From Candidatus Latescibacterota bacterium (GTDB lineage Bacteria > Latescibacterota > UBA2968 > UBA8231): 64,000 nucleotides of DNA. This document shows, one piece after another, positions 41,891 through 52,224 of the stretch. The notes below the pieces were generated by a model, which was not told where the DNA came from, did no database searches, and saw only the letters and a program-made list of their open reading frames with translations. The translations under genes were made by a program, and so were the position numbers. Position 1 is the first letter of the stretch, and each line of letters starts with the position of its first letter. The stretch lies in NCBI GenBank assembly GCA_965217585.1, contig OZ244561.1, forward strand, positions 512,001-576,000. The letters are read 5' to 3'.

Positions 41891-42706
41891 CTACACTTCT
41901 TCGGCAACTGCGTCGATAGACACTTTGGTTCGGCCCGAGGCCATCTGCTCCTGCAGGCGCAGTTTGAGTTGCCGACGGTCCAACCCCCGCCAAAAGACCC
42001 CACCAATGGCCAGCGAAATGGTGCTGTTCTCCTCGGAGACGACGATGACTACCGCGTCCGATTCCTGCGATAGACCCAATGCCGCCCGATGGCGGGTTCC
42101 CAGTCGCTGGTCCTCGATCTCTTCCGCCAGAGGCAAGGTACAGCGGGCCGCCACCAAGCGCTCGCCTTGGATAACGACGGCTCGGTCGTGCAGCGGGGTG
42201 CGTGGGCTGAAGATCGTGGCCAGCAAATCGCCCGACACCTCCGAGTTCAGGGGTACCCCAGTCTCAATGACCGGCCTGATCTGGACTTGGCGCACCAGCA
42301 CGACCAGCGCCCCGTACCCCAAGTCAGCCAAGCGCCCGACTCCGCTGACGATCTCGTCGATGACCCGTGCCGGCTCGGCCTTGTAAAACCAGCGGAACGC
42401 CGGAGTCTGCCCCAAGACTTGGAGGAGCCGCCGTAGCTCGGGCTGGAAGAGGATGACCAGCAGGATCAGCAAGATGGAGCGCGCCTGCTCCAACAGCCAA
42501 GACAGGGCGTTCATCTTGAGCCAAGGCGCGGCCAAGGCTACGATCACCATTAGCAGTAGCCCGGCAACCATGTGCGCGGCTCGGGTTTCCTTGATCAGGG
42601 AGAGCAAGCGAAAAAAGATAAAGGCCACCAGCAGAATATCCACCAAGGAGGTCAGCGAGACGGGCAGAAAGCCAAAGAGGTGGAACAGGACCGGGTCTTT
42701 TAGCAC
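41891..42706 (-). CDS. cdaA: Diadenylate cyclase CdaA/DacA, with a DGA-to-DRA variant motif
   Basis: Three N-terminal TM helices; FQPELRR, TPLHDRA, GTRHRAALG and VSEE motifs; follows folP; start re-called to GTG 42706. Confidence 0.88.
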   Translation of the reverse strand: MLKDPVLFHLFGFLPVSLTSLVDILLVAFIFFRLLSLIKETRAAHMVAGLLLMVIVALAAPWLKMNALSWLLEQARSILLILLVILFQPELRRLLQVLGQTPAFRWFYKAEPARVIDEIVSGVGRLADLGYGALVVLVRQVQIRPVIETGVPLNSEVSGDLLATIFSPRTPLHDRAVVIQGERLVAARCTLPLAEEIEDQRLGTRHRAALGLSQESDAVVIVVSEENSTISLAIGGVFWRGLDRRQLKLRLQEQMASGRTKVSIDAVAEEV

Positions 42707-43548
42707 GATACTTGGCCCCGCACGGCCTCGACTAAGCGGACGGCCCGCAGCGTCGCGGCCACATCGTGGACCCGCAGTACGTGGACTCCCGCCTCGGCCG
42801 CGAGCGCCGCCGCCGCCAAGCTGCCCTCCAAGCTCTCGGCAGCCGAGAGCCCGAGCGTCTTCCATATGAAAGACTTGCGCGAAGCACCCACTACCAGCGG
42901 GCACTCCAAGTCCAAGAAGCGCTCTAACATCCCCAATAAGGCGAGGTTGCCCTCCGGCGACTTGCCGAACCCCAAACCCGGATCCACAGCCACGTCCTCG
43001 ACGCCTTGAGCTTGGGCGACGCGTACGCGCTCTTGTAGAAAGGCGTACACCGTCCCGGGCAAGTCCTCGTAGTAAGTATTCTGCTGCATGGTAGCCGCCG
43101 TACCCCGGCGGTGCATCAGTACCACGGGGGCTTTGGCCTGTGCGGCGACCTCGGCCATGGCCGGATCGTACCTCAGGGCACTAATGTCGTTGATAATATC
43201 GGCACCGACCCCAAGAGCCCGGCGCGCCACCGCGGCCTTGACCGTGTCAACCGAAATGGGCACATCGCTTTGGCGGCGGAGGCCCTCGACGACCGGGAGA
43301 ACCCGGCCGCATTCCTCGGCGACCGAGACCTCCTCGGCGACCCCGTACATCGGCGGACGCGACGATTCACCGCCTATATCGACAATCGCCGCTCCTTCCT
43401 CCACCATCTCCAAGCCGCGTTCCACCGCAGCCCTCGGCTCGCAGTAGCGGCCCCCGTCGTAAAACGAATCGGGCGTCACATTGAGGACGCCCATGATCTG
43501 TACTTGATCGCCAAAGTGGAGAGCGCGACCCCCCAACTCCCAGATCAC
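42700..43548 (-). CDS. folP: Dihydropteroate synthase
   Basis: MGVLNVTPDSFYDGG, DIGGESSRP, DPGLGFGK, SRKSF and RVHDV motifs. Confidence 0.96.
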   Translation of the reverse strand: MIWELGGRALHFGDQVQIMGVLNVTPDSFYDGGRYCEPRAAVERGLEMVEEGAAIVDIGGESSRPPMYGVAEEVSVAEECGRVLPVVEGLRRQSDVPISVDTVKAAVARRALGVGADIINDISALRYDPAMAEVAAQAKAPVVLMHRRGTAATMQQNTYYEDLPGTVYAFLQERVRVAQAQGVEDVAVDPGLGFGKSPEGNLALLGMLERFLDLECPLVVGASRKSFIWKTLGLSAAESLEGSLAAAALAAEAGVHVLRVHDVAATLRAVRLVEAVRGQVSC

Positions 43549-45482
43549 GCCCCATCCTCGTCGCTCAAGTCGCGCACCGGTTCGCGGGCGAGAGACTCTC
43601 CGGCCAAGACTTGGTCGATCTCCGCGTCGTCGAGCACCTCGTACGCGAGGAGGGCGCGGGCCAAGGAGTGGAGCTTGTCCTCGTTTTCCCCGAGAATGCG
43701 CAGTGCGGTTTCCTCGGCCTCCACCACTAGCTTGCGGATCTCGCGATCAACGGTTTGGGAGGTCTCCTCGCTCAGGTGGGGGCTGCGGCCGAATTCCTTG
43801 CCGAGGAAGACCTCCTCGTCGCCGCTGCCCAACGAGAGGGGGCCGAGCTCTTCGTTCATACCCCAATCACAGACCATCGAACGGGCTAAGCGCGTCACTT
43901 GCTGGTAGTCGCCTTGGGCACCCGTCGAGCGCTCGGCAAAAACCAATTTCTCGGCTGCGCAACCGCCCAGCGCCGTGGCCAAGTGCGCCTTCAGCCGCGT
44001 CTCGGTTAGCGAACGCCGCTCGTCGGCCAAAAAGGAAACCATCCCCATAGCCTGCCCCCGTGGAATAATGGTCGCCTTGCCAATAGTCGGGCCGCCTTTG
44101 ATGCTCTTGGCGACCAAGGCGTGGCCCGCTTCGTGATAGGCCGAAAGCCGTTGATCCTCCTCGGTCAGGACCATGCTGCGGCGCTCGGCCCCGAGCATCA
44201 CCTTGTCTTTGGCCGCCTCAAAGTCGCCCATGTCAACGGTTTTGCGATCTCGCCGCGAGGCCAGCAAGGCCGCTTCGTTGACCAAGTTCTCCAAGTCAGC
44301 TCCGGAAAGCCCGGGCGTGCCCTGCGCCACCTTTTGCAAATCGACGTCCGGATTCAGCGGCACCTTGCGCACGTGGACCTTGAGGACGCCCTCCCGACCT
44401 CTGACATCGGGTAGGTCAACCACCACCCGGCGGTCGAAGCGACCGGGCCGCAAAAGCGCCGGGTCGAGTACGTCTGGGCGGTTGGTCGCGGCGATGAGAA
44501 TGACGCCGTCGTTGGACTCGAAACCGTCCATTTCTACTAGCAGCTGGTTGAGGGTCTGCTCGCGCTCGTCGTGGCCACCGCCAATGCCCGCGCCTCGGTG
44601 GCGGCCCACCGCATCGATCTCATCGACGAAGATTAAGCACGGGGCATTGGCCTTGCCCTGTTCAAAGAGGTCGCGCACGCGCGAAGCTCCGACGCCGACG
44701 AACATCTCGACGAAATCTGAGCCGCTAATCGAAAAGAAGGGCACGCCCGCTTCGCCGGCCACCGCGCGCGCCAAGTGCGTCTTGCCCGTACCCGGCGGCC
44801 CGACCATCAAGACGCCTTTGGGAATCCGCCCACCGAGGCGCTGGAACCGTTGCGGATCCTTGAGAAATTCAATGATCTCCTCCAGTTCTTTCTTGGCCTC
44901 GTCGGCCCCGGCCACGTCGGCAAAGGTTGTTTTGCGCTTGTCTTCCATCAGGAGCTTGGCCCGACTTTTGCCAAAGGAAAACAGCCCGCGTGCACCGCCC
45001 TGCATCTGCCGCAACATGAATACCCAAAAGGCGATAAACAGCAGCCACGGCAAAAAGCTGAAGAGGAAATTGTACCACCGGAAGGGTTCTTCCTCAAAGC
45101 GAAAATCGACCCCTTGTTCCTCCCACTCGCGCTTGGTCTCCGCGTCTATTGGACCCAAGTTGACCACAAAGCGGGTCCGGTCGTTCAAGACGCCTTCAAA
45201 CTCGCGCTCGCCGACGATGACCGCCTCGGCGATGCGGCCCTCCTCCAAGTATTGGCGGTATTCCTTGTAGGAAACGATCTGGGGGTCGGAGGGTTTGCTG
45301 CCAAAGAACTTGGCGGCGAAGATCATCACCAACACAAAGAAGAGCCAAAACGCCTGGGTCCGCGAAGGGCGGCGCCAGCGACGCGGCTTGTCTTCGCCGT
45401 CGGCCTGCTGACGATCCGACCCGCGGTCGTCCCTAAGGCGCGTGGGGCGCTCCTCTTGGGCCTGCTTTTTTCTTCCCTCCAT
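43545..45482 (-). CDS. ftsH: ATP-dependent zinc metalloprotease FtsH
   Basis: Two TM helices; [20 protein letters not shown] and HEAGH motifs. Confidence 0.97.
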   Translation of the reverse strand: MEGRKKQAQEERPTRLRDDRGSDRQQADGEDKPRRWRRPSRTQAFWLFFVLVMIFAAKFFGSKPSDPQIVSYKEYRQYLEEGRIAEAVIVGEREFEGVLNDRTRFVVNLGPIDAETKREWEEQGVDFRFEEEPFRWYNFLFSFLPWLLFIAFWVFMLRQMQGGARGLFSFGKSRAKLLMEDKRKTTFADVAGADEAKKELEEIIEFLKDPQRFQRLGGRIPKGVLMVGPPGTGKTHLARAVAGEAGVPFFSISGSDFVEMFVGVGASRVRDLFEQGKANAPCLIFVDEIDAVGRHRGAGIGGGHDEREQTLNQLLVEMDGFESNDGVILIAATNRPDVLDPALLRPGRFDRRVVVDLPDVRGREGVLKVHVRKVPLNPDVDLQKVAQGTPGLSGADLENLVNEAALLASRRDRKTVDMGDFEAAKDKVMLGAERRSMVLTEEDQRLSAYHEAGHALVAKSIKGGPTIGKATIIPRGQAMGMVSFLADERRSLTETRLKAHLATALGGCAAEKLVFAERSTGAQGDYQQVTRLARSMVCDWGMNEELGPLSLGSGDEEVFLGKEFGRSPHLSEETSQTVDREIRKLVVEAEETALRILGENEDKLHSLARALLAYEVLDDAEIDQVLAGESLAREPVRDLSDEDGA

Positions 45483-45497
45483 GACAGATGCTCTATA

Positions 45498-46886
45498 TCA
45501 ATCGCCGTCCCAGCGCCTCAGCGTACACAAGGCGATGCGGCTCGTAGTGGATTTTATTCTGAAGGCATGACTAGAACGCAGGGGCGCGACCCAAGCTATT
45601 TCCTCTCCCCGAGTCAGCACCAGCACTTCGTCGCGCGAGATTTTCGGCCACTTGGAGTCGATGAGAAAGTCGCTCAGTTTTTTGTGCCCTTCCATGCCCA
45701 GCGGCTGGAAGCGATCGCCTAGCCGCTGGCTGCGCACTTGCACCCTCGCGCCGAGGCGATCCGCATCTAAAGCCACCTGCGCGCCTCCTAACTGGGCCTT
45801 GTCGAAGTGCTCCGGGGAGACGACTTGGACGCGGATTTCCACGCCGTGCTCTCTTAGCACCATCGCGCCGGGTATGTCGAAGCAGCGCGCGACCAGCGGC
45901 CGCCGGTCGCGGCGCAGGATATAGCGCGTGCCACAGCCCTGCCCCCTCAGCCCAGCACCCAACACCCGCAGGCGCTTGTCGTCAGCCCCAATCCAGTCCC
46001 GCACTTGCTCGACGCGGGCAAAATCAAAAGGGCCATCTGCGGCGGCGAGGCCCTGGAGCACGGCGCGCAACACGCGCCTTTGTACGGCTATATGATAAGT
46101 GAGAAGCCTAGTACTATCAAGGGCCACCTTGTCGTTGCAACGCTCACAAATCACTGTATCTAAAGCCTCTTGGGTCAGATCGGCGAGTAGGTCGTCCTCG
46201 GCTTTGAGAAGCGCGGCGGTGCGATTTAGGACCTCGGCGATGTTAGAATTATAGCTCTTGAGCAAGGGCATTAGTTCCCCGCGCACCCGATTGCGCAAAA
46301 AGCGCGGGTCGCGGTTGGAAGGATCTTCTCGGTAGCACAAGCCCCGCTGGCGCGCGTATCTTTCGATCTCAGCGCGCCGCACGCGCAGCAGCGGCCGCAG
46401 ATAGCGGCCCTCGCGCGCAATCTCCATCCCCCCTAAGCCGGTGGCACCGCTGCCGCGCAATAGGCGCATGATCACGGTCTCGGCTTGGTCGTCGGCGTGG
46501 TGCCCCAAGGCGATGAATTCGGCTCCGACCCGGCTGGCGACTTGGTCGAGAAAGGCGTAGCGCTGCCGCCGACCCGCTTCCTCCAGCGACAGGCCCTCGG
46601 TTCGGGCGTAAGCCCCTACATCGCGCCGCTCGATCGAGCATGGCAGCCCGCGCCGCTTTGCCTCGTCGGCGACAAAGCGGCTGTCGGCCGCCGAATTCGG
46701 CCGCAGCGCGTGGTCCAAGTGCGCCACGTGCAACCGGTACCCTAAGCCATCCAAGACATCGAGTAGTACGGTTGAATCGACGCCGCCCGACGCGGCGACG
46801 ACTACACTAGCACCGGCCTGCAACCCTGCCTCCTGTAACACCTGCCGCACACTGGCGACTATGGCTTCCATGGCCGTCGTTCCCAT
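45498..46886 (-). CDS. tilS: tRNA(Ile)-lysidine synthetase
   Basis: SGGVDS PP-loop, GHHADDQAET, EDPSN, RNRVR and C-terminal GDRFQPLGMEGHKKL. Confidence 0.95.
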   Translation of the reverse strand: MGTTAMEAIVASVRQVLQEAGLQAGASVVVAASGGVDSTVLLDVLDGLGYRLHVAHLDHALRPNSAADSRFVADEAKRRGLPCSIERRDVGAYARTEGLSLEEAGRRQRYAFLDQVASRVGAEFIALGHHADDQAETVIMRLLRGSGATGLGGMEIAREGRYLRPLLRVRRAEIERYARQRGLCYREDPSNRDPRFLRNRVRGELMPLLKSYNSNIAEVLNRTAALLKAEDDLLADLTQEALDTVICERCNDKVALDSTRLLTYHIAVQRRVLRAVLQGLAAADGPFDFARVEQVRDWIGADDKRLRVLGAGLRGQGCGTRYILRRDRRPLVARCFDIPGAMVLREHGVEIRVQVVSPEHFDKAQLGGAQVALDADRLGARVQVRSQRLGDRFQPLGMEGHKKLSDFLIDSKWPKISRDEVLVLTRGEEIAWVAPLRSSHAFRIKSTTSRIALCTLRRWDGD

Positions 46887-46952
46887 CGCGCGAAACAGAA
46901 AATTTCCCCGAGTGAGTAATAGGAGAGGGCAAATTAGACGAATAGATGCCCC

Positions 46953-46981
46953 TTGACAAATGAACTAATGTGCAGTATATA
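46953..46981 (+). promoter_or_regulatory. lexA promoter TTGACA-N17-TATATA with a candidate SOS box TGAACTAATGTGCA in the spacer
   Basis: Near-consensus hexamers; 14-bp imperfect palindrome at 46961-46974. Confidence 0.7.
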
Positions 46982-47029
46982 TAAGTTCAGGTTCGCTGTT
47001 CATCTTTCCTCCCCAATGGAGGTACACTC

Positions 47030-47656
47030 ATGCCCAAACCCCTAACCGAGCGCCAACAGGCAATTTACGACTTCATCGCCCATGCAATTCGCTCCGGGGG
47101 TCCCCCCACTATCCGCGAGATCATGGATGTCTTTGACATCAACTCCACCAATGGCGTGCGCACTACCTTGGAGACTTTAGAGAAAAAAGGCTACATCCGC
47201 CGCCGGGCGCGCCGCTCCCGGGGCATAGAGCTCGTCGATTTCGTCAGGCCCGCCTCCCTTTCCGCCGACTTGCGCGAAGTGCCCCTCGTTGGCCGGGTCG
47301 CCGCGGGCACCCCCATCCTCGCCGAAGAAAACATCGAGAACACGCTCAATGTCGATACATCGCTCGTCCCCGCTTCGGGCGATGTCTTCGCGCTGCGCAT
47401 CCACGGCGAGAGCATGTGCAACGCCGGGATTCTCGACGGCGACATCGTCATCGTCCACCAGAAAGACCGCGCCGAGCGCGGCGATATCGTCGTCGCGCTA
47501 CTCGGCGACGAGGCCACGGTCAAGCGCTATGCTCCCGACCCCGACGGCATCCGGCTCCTGCCCGAAAACGAGGCGTTCGACCCCATCGTCGTCCCGCCCG
47601 ACGCCGACGGGTTCAGCATCGCCGGCAAAGTAGTAGGCCTCATGCGCCGCTTCTAG
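47030..47656 (+). CDS. lexA: SOS repressor LexA
   Basis: LTERQ, PPTIREI, LEKKGYI, VAAG cleavage site, GESM and EATVK motifs. Confidence 0.96.
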   Translation: MPKPLTERQQAIYDFIAHAIRSGGPPTIREIMDVFDINSTNGVRTTLETLEKKGYIRRRARRSRGIELVDFVRPASLSADLREVPLVGRVAAGTPILAEENIENTLNVDTSLVPASGDVFALRIHGESMCNAGILDGDIVIVHQKDRAERGDIVVALLGDEATVKRYAPDPDGIRLLPENEAFDPIVVPPDADGFSIAGKVVGLMRRF

Positions 47657-47667
47657 GGTGCGCTTAG

Positions 47668-48996
47668 GTGGATGCTGCTTTGCGGCGCGCTCATGCGCGC
47701 GCCATTTTTGACGCCGGGGTCGCGGCCGCCGATCCCAGCCGTTGCGTCCACCAAGCCCTCGCGGTCGCAGACGATGAGTTGCGCTGTGGCCCGCTCCGCT
47801 TCCCCCTCGATACCATTTCCAGCCTGCGCCTAGTCGGCGCCGGCAAGGCCACCGCGGCCATGGCCGCGACCGCTGAAGCAATCCTCGGCGACCGCATTGA
47901 GTGCGGAGCCATCAGCACCAAGTACGGCCACGCGCTGCCGTTAGCGCGGGTCGAGACCTTTGAAGCCGGGCACCCGGTCCCGGACGAAGCCGGCGTGGCC
48001 GGCGCGTGCCGCCAGCTTGCGCTGCTAGCGGACTTGGATCCCGACGCGCTGGTCCTCGGCCTCTTCTCCGGCGGCGGCTCTGCCCTGCTGCCCGCCCCAG
48101 CCGAGGGCCTGACCCTCGCAGAAAAGCAAGAAACCACCCGCCTCCTGCTCGCCTGCGGCGCGACCATCGACGAAATCAACGCCCTGCGCAAACACCTCTC
48201 GGCCATCAAGGGCGGCCTGCTCGCCCGCGCGGCCGCGCCTGCCCGCGTCGTCGCCCTCATGCTCTCGGACGTCATCGGCGATCCCCTCGACACCATTGCC
48301 TCCGGTCCGACCCACCCAGACTCTACGACCTTTGGCGATTGCTTAGCAATCGTCGATCGCTATGACCTGCGCCACGAGCTTCCCTCCCCAGTCCGTCAGC
48401 ACCTCGAAGCCGGTGCCCGAGGGGAGCGGCCGGAAACCCCAAAACTCGGCGATCCCTGTTTTGCCCGCGCCGAGAGTTTGGTCATTGGCAACAGCCGCTT
48501 GGCCATTGACGCGGCCGCGCACAAAGCCAGCGCGCTCGGCTACGAGGTGCTCGTCCTCACCAGCCGCTTGCAGGGCGAGGCGCGCCAAGCCGCTGCCGCA
48601 TTGGTCTCTATCGCCCAAGAGACCGCCGAAGCCAACCGTCCCATCGCGCGGCCCGCCTGTCTCATCGCCGGCGGCGAGACGACCGTCACCTTGCGCAACA
48701 ACGGCAAGGGCGGGCGCAACCAAGAATTGGCCTTGGCCGCGGCCTTGCAACTCGACGGTTGGCCCGCCATCACCTTGCTCTCCGGCGGCACCGACGGCAC
48801 CGACGGCCCCACCGATGCCGCCGGTGCCCTAGCCGACGGCCAGACCTTGAGCCGCGCCTTTGCCCAAGGTCTCGACGCCCGCGCCTTTCTCGATCGCCAC
48901 GACTCCTATCCCTTCTTCGCGGCGTTGAACGACCTCGTCATCACGGGTCCTACGGGTACCAACGTCATGGATCTGCAAATCGTCCTCATAGCCTGA
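47668..48996 (+). CDS. Glycerate 2-kinase (MOFRL / type-2 family)
   Basis: GAGKA, GHPVPD, SGGGSAL, RKHLSAIKGG, GGRNQE, GTDGTDG and TGTNVMD motifs. Confidence 0.92.
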   Translation: MDAALRRAHARAIFDAGVAAADPSRCVHQALAVADDELRCGPLRFPLDTISSLRLVGAGKATAAMAATAEAILGDRIECGAISTKYGHALPLARVETFEAGHPVPDEAGVAGACRQLALLADLDPDALVLGLFSGGGSALLPAPAEGLTLAEKQETTRLLLACGATIDEINALRKHLSAIKGGLLARAAAPARVVALMLSDVIGDPLDTIASGPTHPDSTTFGDCLAIVDRYDLRHELPSPVRQHLEAGARGERPETPKLGDPCFARAESLVIGNSRLAIDAAAHKASALGYEVLVLTSRLQGEARQAAAALVSIAQETAEANRPIARPACLIAGGETTVTLRNNGKGGRNQELALAAALQLDGWPAITLLSGGTDGTDGPTDAAGALADGQTLSRAFAQGLDARAFLDRHDSYPFFAALNDLVITGPTGTNVMDLQIVLIA

Positions 48997-49075
48997 AGAT
49001 CGCCCACCCTTGCGGGAGATGATGCAATAAGCCGATTTGACACTCGGCCACCCTTCCGCTAGCTTTTTACAACCC

Positions 49076-50008
49076 ATGCCCAAGAGTCTTCTTCCGCTTG
49101 TATTAGCCCTGTTGCTGACCGGGGCTGCACACGCTGCCTCCCGCTACGCCGGCGAGTTCCTCGGCTTGGGCGCAGGTGCCCGCTCTGCGGCCTTGGGCAG
49201 TGCCTATGTGGCCCTCGCGGACGACGCCACCGCGGGCTATTGGAATGCAGCCGGCCTATCCGCCCTCAGCGGTCGCCAAGTTCATCTGACACATGCCGAG
49301 CACTTCTCCGGCCTCATCCAGCGCGATTTTATCGCCGTCGCTCGGCCGGGTCGTCTTTTGCACGGTATGGCTCTGAGCTTGGTACGCATGGGCATTGACG
49401 GCATCCACTTTACCGAACTGCCGGATCCCCTCCAGCCTCCAAGCACCGACAACCGTCCTCTAATCGCCTCGACCGAACAAAGCGCAGATTACGCCCTGTA
49501 TCTGTCGGGCAGTCGCCGGCTCGGTACGCGCCTATCCCTCGGGCTAAGCGCCAAGGCCATTTACCGCCAAGTCGCCTCCATCAACGCCTACGGCTTCGGC
49601 CTCGACCTAGGCATGCGCTACCAATTGAGCCACCAGATCGCGCTGGCGGCTAACGTGCGCGACATTACCACCACGCCTATCGTCTGGAATACGGACAGCA
49701 CCGACCGCATCCAGCCCGCACTGCTGTTGGGCGTAGCGTACGCCATACCCATCGCCGGGGGCCAGACCACCGCCCTCTTAGCCACCCGCTCCGGCGGCGA
49801 CGCCTCCGCTACGACCGACGACGTCCCGCTCAACGCCGGCATAGAATACCGTCATCGCTACATCGCCTTGCGGGCCGGCTTGGAGGAGGGCCGCCAGTCC
49901 TTGGGGCTGGGACTCAAGCCCCACCGCAACCTCGACCTCGACCTCGCCTATTTGCAGCACGATGCACTCGAAGCAACCTACCAGTTGTCCGTCGGCTTCC
50001 GCTTCTGA
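49076..50008 (+). CDS. PorV/UPF0164-family outer-membrane beta-barrel
   Basis: Signal peptide; FLGLGAGARSAALGSAYVALADDATAGYWNAAGL; terminal VGFRF. Confidence 0.8.
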   Translation: MPKSLLPLVLALLLTGAAHAASRYAGEFLGLGAGARSAALGSAYVALADDATAGYWNAAGLSALSGRQVHLTHAEHFSGLIQRDFIAVARPGRLLHGMALSLVRMGIDGIHFTELPDPLQPPSTDNRPLIASTEQSADYALYLSGSRRLGTRLSLGLSAKAIYRQVASINAYGFGLDLGMRYQLSHQIALAANVRDITTTPIVWNTDSTDRIQPALLLGVAYAIPIAGGQTTALLATRSGGDASATTDDVPLNAGIEYRHRYIALRAGLEEGRQSLGLGLKPHRNLDLDLAYLQHDALEATYQLSVGFRF

Positions 50009-50888
50009 GCAACCCCGCGTCGGCTACGTAGCCCTGGCCGGTCGCCCCAATGCGGGTAAATCCACCCTTTTCAACGCCTTCTTGGGCCAGCGGCTCTCCA
50101 TCGTCACCGCCAAACCGCAGACGACGCGCAGCCGCATCCTCGGCATCCTCACCCGGCCGCAGAGCCAGATAATTTTCTTGGATACGCCGGGCCTGCTCGA
50201 CGCCTCCTACAAGCTGCACGAGGCCATGGCGCACCAGATCGACCAAGCCGCCCGCCAAGCCGACCTAGTCTTGCTGCTGTTCGACGCTTCCCACCCCAAA
50301 GACCGCAGTGCGCTGGTCAAGCACTTCTTAGAGCGCGCGCGGGTACCAGTCTTGGCCGTGCTCAACAAGATTGACCTAGTACAACCCTCCCAGCTAGACG
50401 GCCTGCAAAAAAGCCTCGCCGACGAGTTCGGCATCGCCAGCCCGCTCCCGGTTTCCGCCCTGCGCGGCGACGGACTCGGCAAATTGCTGTCGCGCCTAGA
50501 AGCCCAACTACCCTGCGGCCCCAAGCTCTACCCAGACGATATGGTGGCCGAACAGCCCGAACGGTTTTTTGCCGCCGAGCGCATCCGCGAGGTAGCTTTT
50601 GAGCACCTTGAGGACGAGCTGCCCTACGCCATCAACATCCACATCGAGGAATTCCGCGAGCGCCCAGGCCACAAGACCTACATTCGCGCGATTATCTACG
50701 TCGGGCGAGAGAGCCAAAAGGGCATCGTCATCGGCAAGAAGGGTATGCGCCTGCGATCCATCGGACGCCAAGCCCGCGCTGCCTTAGAGGAACTACTCGA
50801 CGCGCCCGTCTATATAGAGCTGTGGGTAAAAGTCCGCTCAGACTGGCGCGACAAAGAGCGCGATTTGCGAGAATTTGGTTATCTCTGA
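49962..50888 (+). CDS. era: GTPase Era
   Basis: GRPNAGKST, PQTTR, DTPG, NKID and KH-domain SQKGIVIGKKG; exact start uncertain. Confidence 0.95.
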   Translation: MHSKQPTSCPSASASEQPRVGYVALAGRPNAGKSTLFNAFLGQRLSIVTAKPQTTRSRILGILTRPQSQIIFLDTPGLLDASYKLHEAMAHQIDQAARQADLVLLLFDASHPKDRSALVKHFLERARVPVLAVLNKIDLVQPSQLDGLQKSLADEFGIASPLPVSALRGDGLGKLLSRLEAQLPCGPKLYPDDMVAEQPERFFAAERIREVAFEHLEDELPYAINIHIEEFRERPGHKTYIRAIIYVGRESQKGIVIGKKGMRLRSIGRQARAALEELLDAPVYIELWVKVRSDWRDKERDLREFGYL

Positions 50889-50907
50889 GTCTCAGAAAGG
50901 AGCAGCC

Positions 50908-52215
50908 ATGAACGTCCTAGTCGTCGGCAAAGGGGGGCGCGAACACGCCCTCGTGTGGAAGCTGGCGCAGAGTCAGCGCATCGACAAACTCTACGTCGCC
51001 CCCGGCAATCCCGGCATGGCTGCCCTCGCTGAATGCGTCGATATCCGCGTCGATACCCCCGTGGCCGAGCGCGAAAAACTCGCTGGCGAAATCGAGCGCC
51101 TAGTCGCCTTTGCCCATGAACAGCAAATCGGGCTGACCGTCGTCGGCCCAGACGACGCGCTCGCCGGCGGCATCGTCGATCGCTTCCGCGCCAGCGGCCT
51201 GGCGATCTTCGGCCCCACTGAAGCCGCGGCCCGCATCGAAAGCAGCAAGGTCTTCGCCAAAGAGCTAATGGAACGCGTCGGCGTCCCCACCGCCCGGCAC
51301 CAGAGCTTCACCGACAGCCAAGCCGCCAGCGCCTATATCCGCGCCCAGGGTGCCCCGATCGTAGTCAAGGCCAGCGGCCTAGCCGCTGGCAAGGGCGCGG
51401 TCGTCTGTCAGAGTGTAGATCAAGCCCTCGCAGCAGCGCACGAAATGCTCGACGAAGACATCTTAGGCGGGGCCGGCCGACAGATCGTCGTCGAGGAATA
51501 CATGGCCGGCGAGGAAGCCTCGCTCTTTGCAATCTGCGACGGCGAGCACTTTATCACCCTGACACCGGCTCAAGACCACAAACCCATCTACGACGGCGAC
51601 CAAGGCCCCAATACCGGCGGCATGGGGGCCTACGCTCCGGCACCCGTGATGACGCCCGCCCTAGTGCGCGAAGCCGAGGAGCGCGTCATCCGGCCCGTGC
51701 TCGACGAAATGCGCCGGCTGGGCACCCCGTACCAAGGAGTGCTTTACTGCGGGCTGATGTGTACCGACGCCGGCGTTAAAGTGGTAGAGTTCAACGCCCG
51801 CTTCGGCGACCCCGAATGCCAAATTCTCATGCCCCTGCTCAAAACCGACCTCGTCGATTTGCTCACTGCCGCCTGCGACGGCCGCTTAGACCAAGTGCAA
51901 GTCGAATGCACGCCTGGGGCGGCCGTCTGCGTGGTTATGGCCTCGGGAGGCTATCCGCAAGCTTATGAGAAGGGCCTTGAGATCCGCGGCTTGGAGGCGT
52001 TTCCCGACCGCGACGACATCCTCGTCTTTCACGCCGGTACAGCCCAGCGAGACGGTCGCCTCATTACGGATGGTGGCCGGGTGCTCGGCGTGACGGCCAC
52101 GGACGCCGATCTCCAAGCCGCCGTCGCCAAAGCCTACTCGGCGGTCGATCAGATCGCCTTCGACAACGCCTATTGCCGCCGCGACATCGCCTATCGGGCG
52201 TTGGGCCAAGCCTGA
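50908..52215 (+). CDS. purD: Phosphoribosylamine-glycine ligase
   Basis: GKGGREHAL, GLAAGKG, GPNTGGMGAY and EFNARFGDPE motifs. Confidence 0.96.
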   Translation: MNVLVVGKGGREHALVWKLAQSQRIDKLYVAPGNPGMAALAECVDIRVDTPVAEREKLAGEIERLVAFAHEQQIGLTVVGPDDALAGGIVDRFRASGLAIFGPTEAAARIESSKVFAKELMERVGVPTARHQSFTDSQAASAYIRAQGAPIVVKASGLAAGKGAVVCQSVDQALAAAHEMLDEDILGGAGRQIVVEEYMAGEEASLFAICDGEHFITLTPAQDHKPIYDGDQGPNTGGMGAYAPAPVMTPALVREAEERVIRPVLDEMRRLGTPYQGVLYCGLMCTDAGVKVVEFNARFGDPECQILMPLLKTDLVDLLTAACDGRLDQVQVECTPGAAVCVVMASGGYPQAYEKGLEIRGLEAFPDRDDILVFHAGTAQRDGRLITDGGRVLGVTATDADLQAAVAKAYSAVDQIAFDNAYCRRDIAYRALGQA

Positions 52216-52224
52216 GCTTTTGCC

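Noticed and set aside
44173-45722. 365-aa and 315-aa plus-strand ORFs
   Set aside because: Antisense shadows of ftsH/tilS
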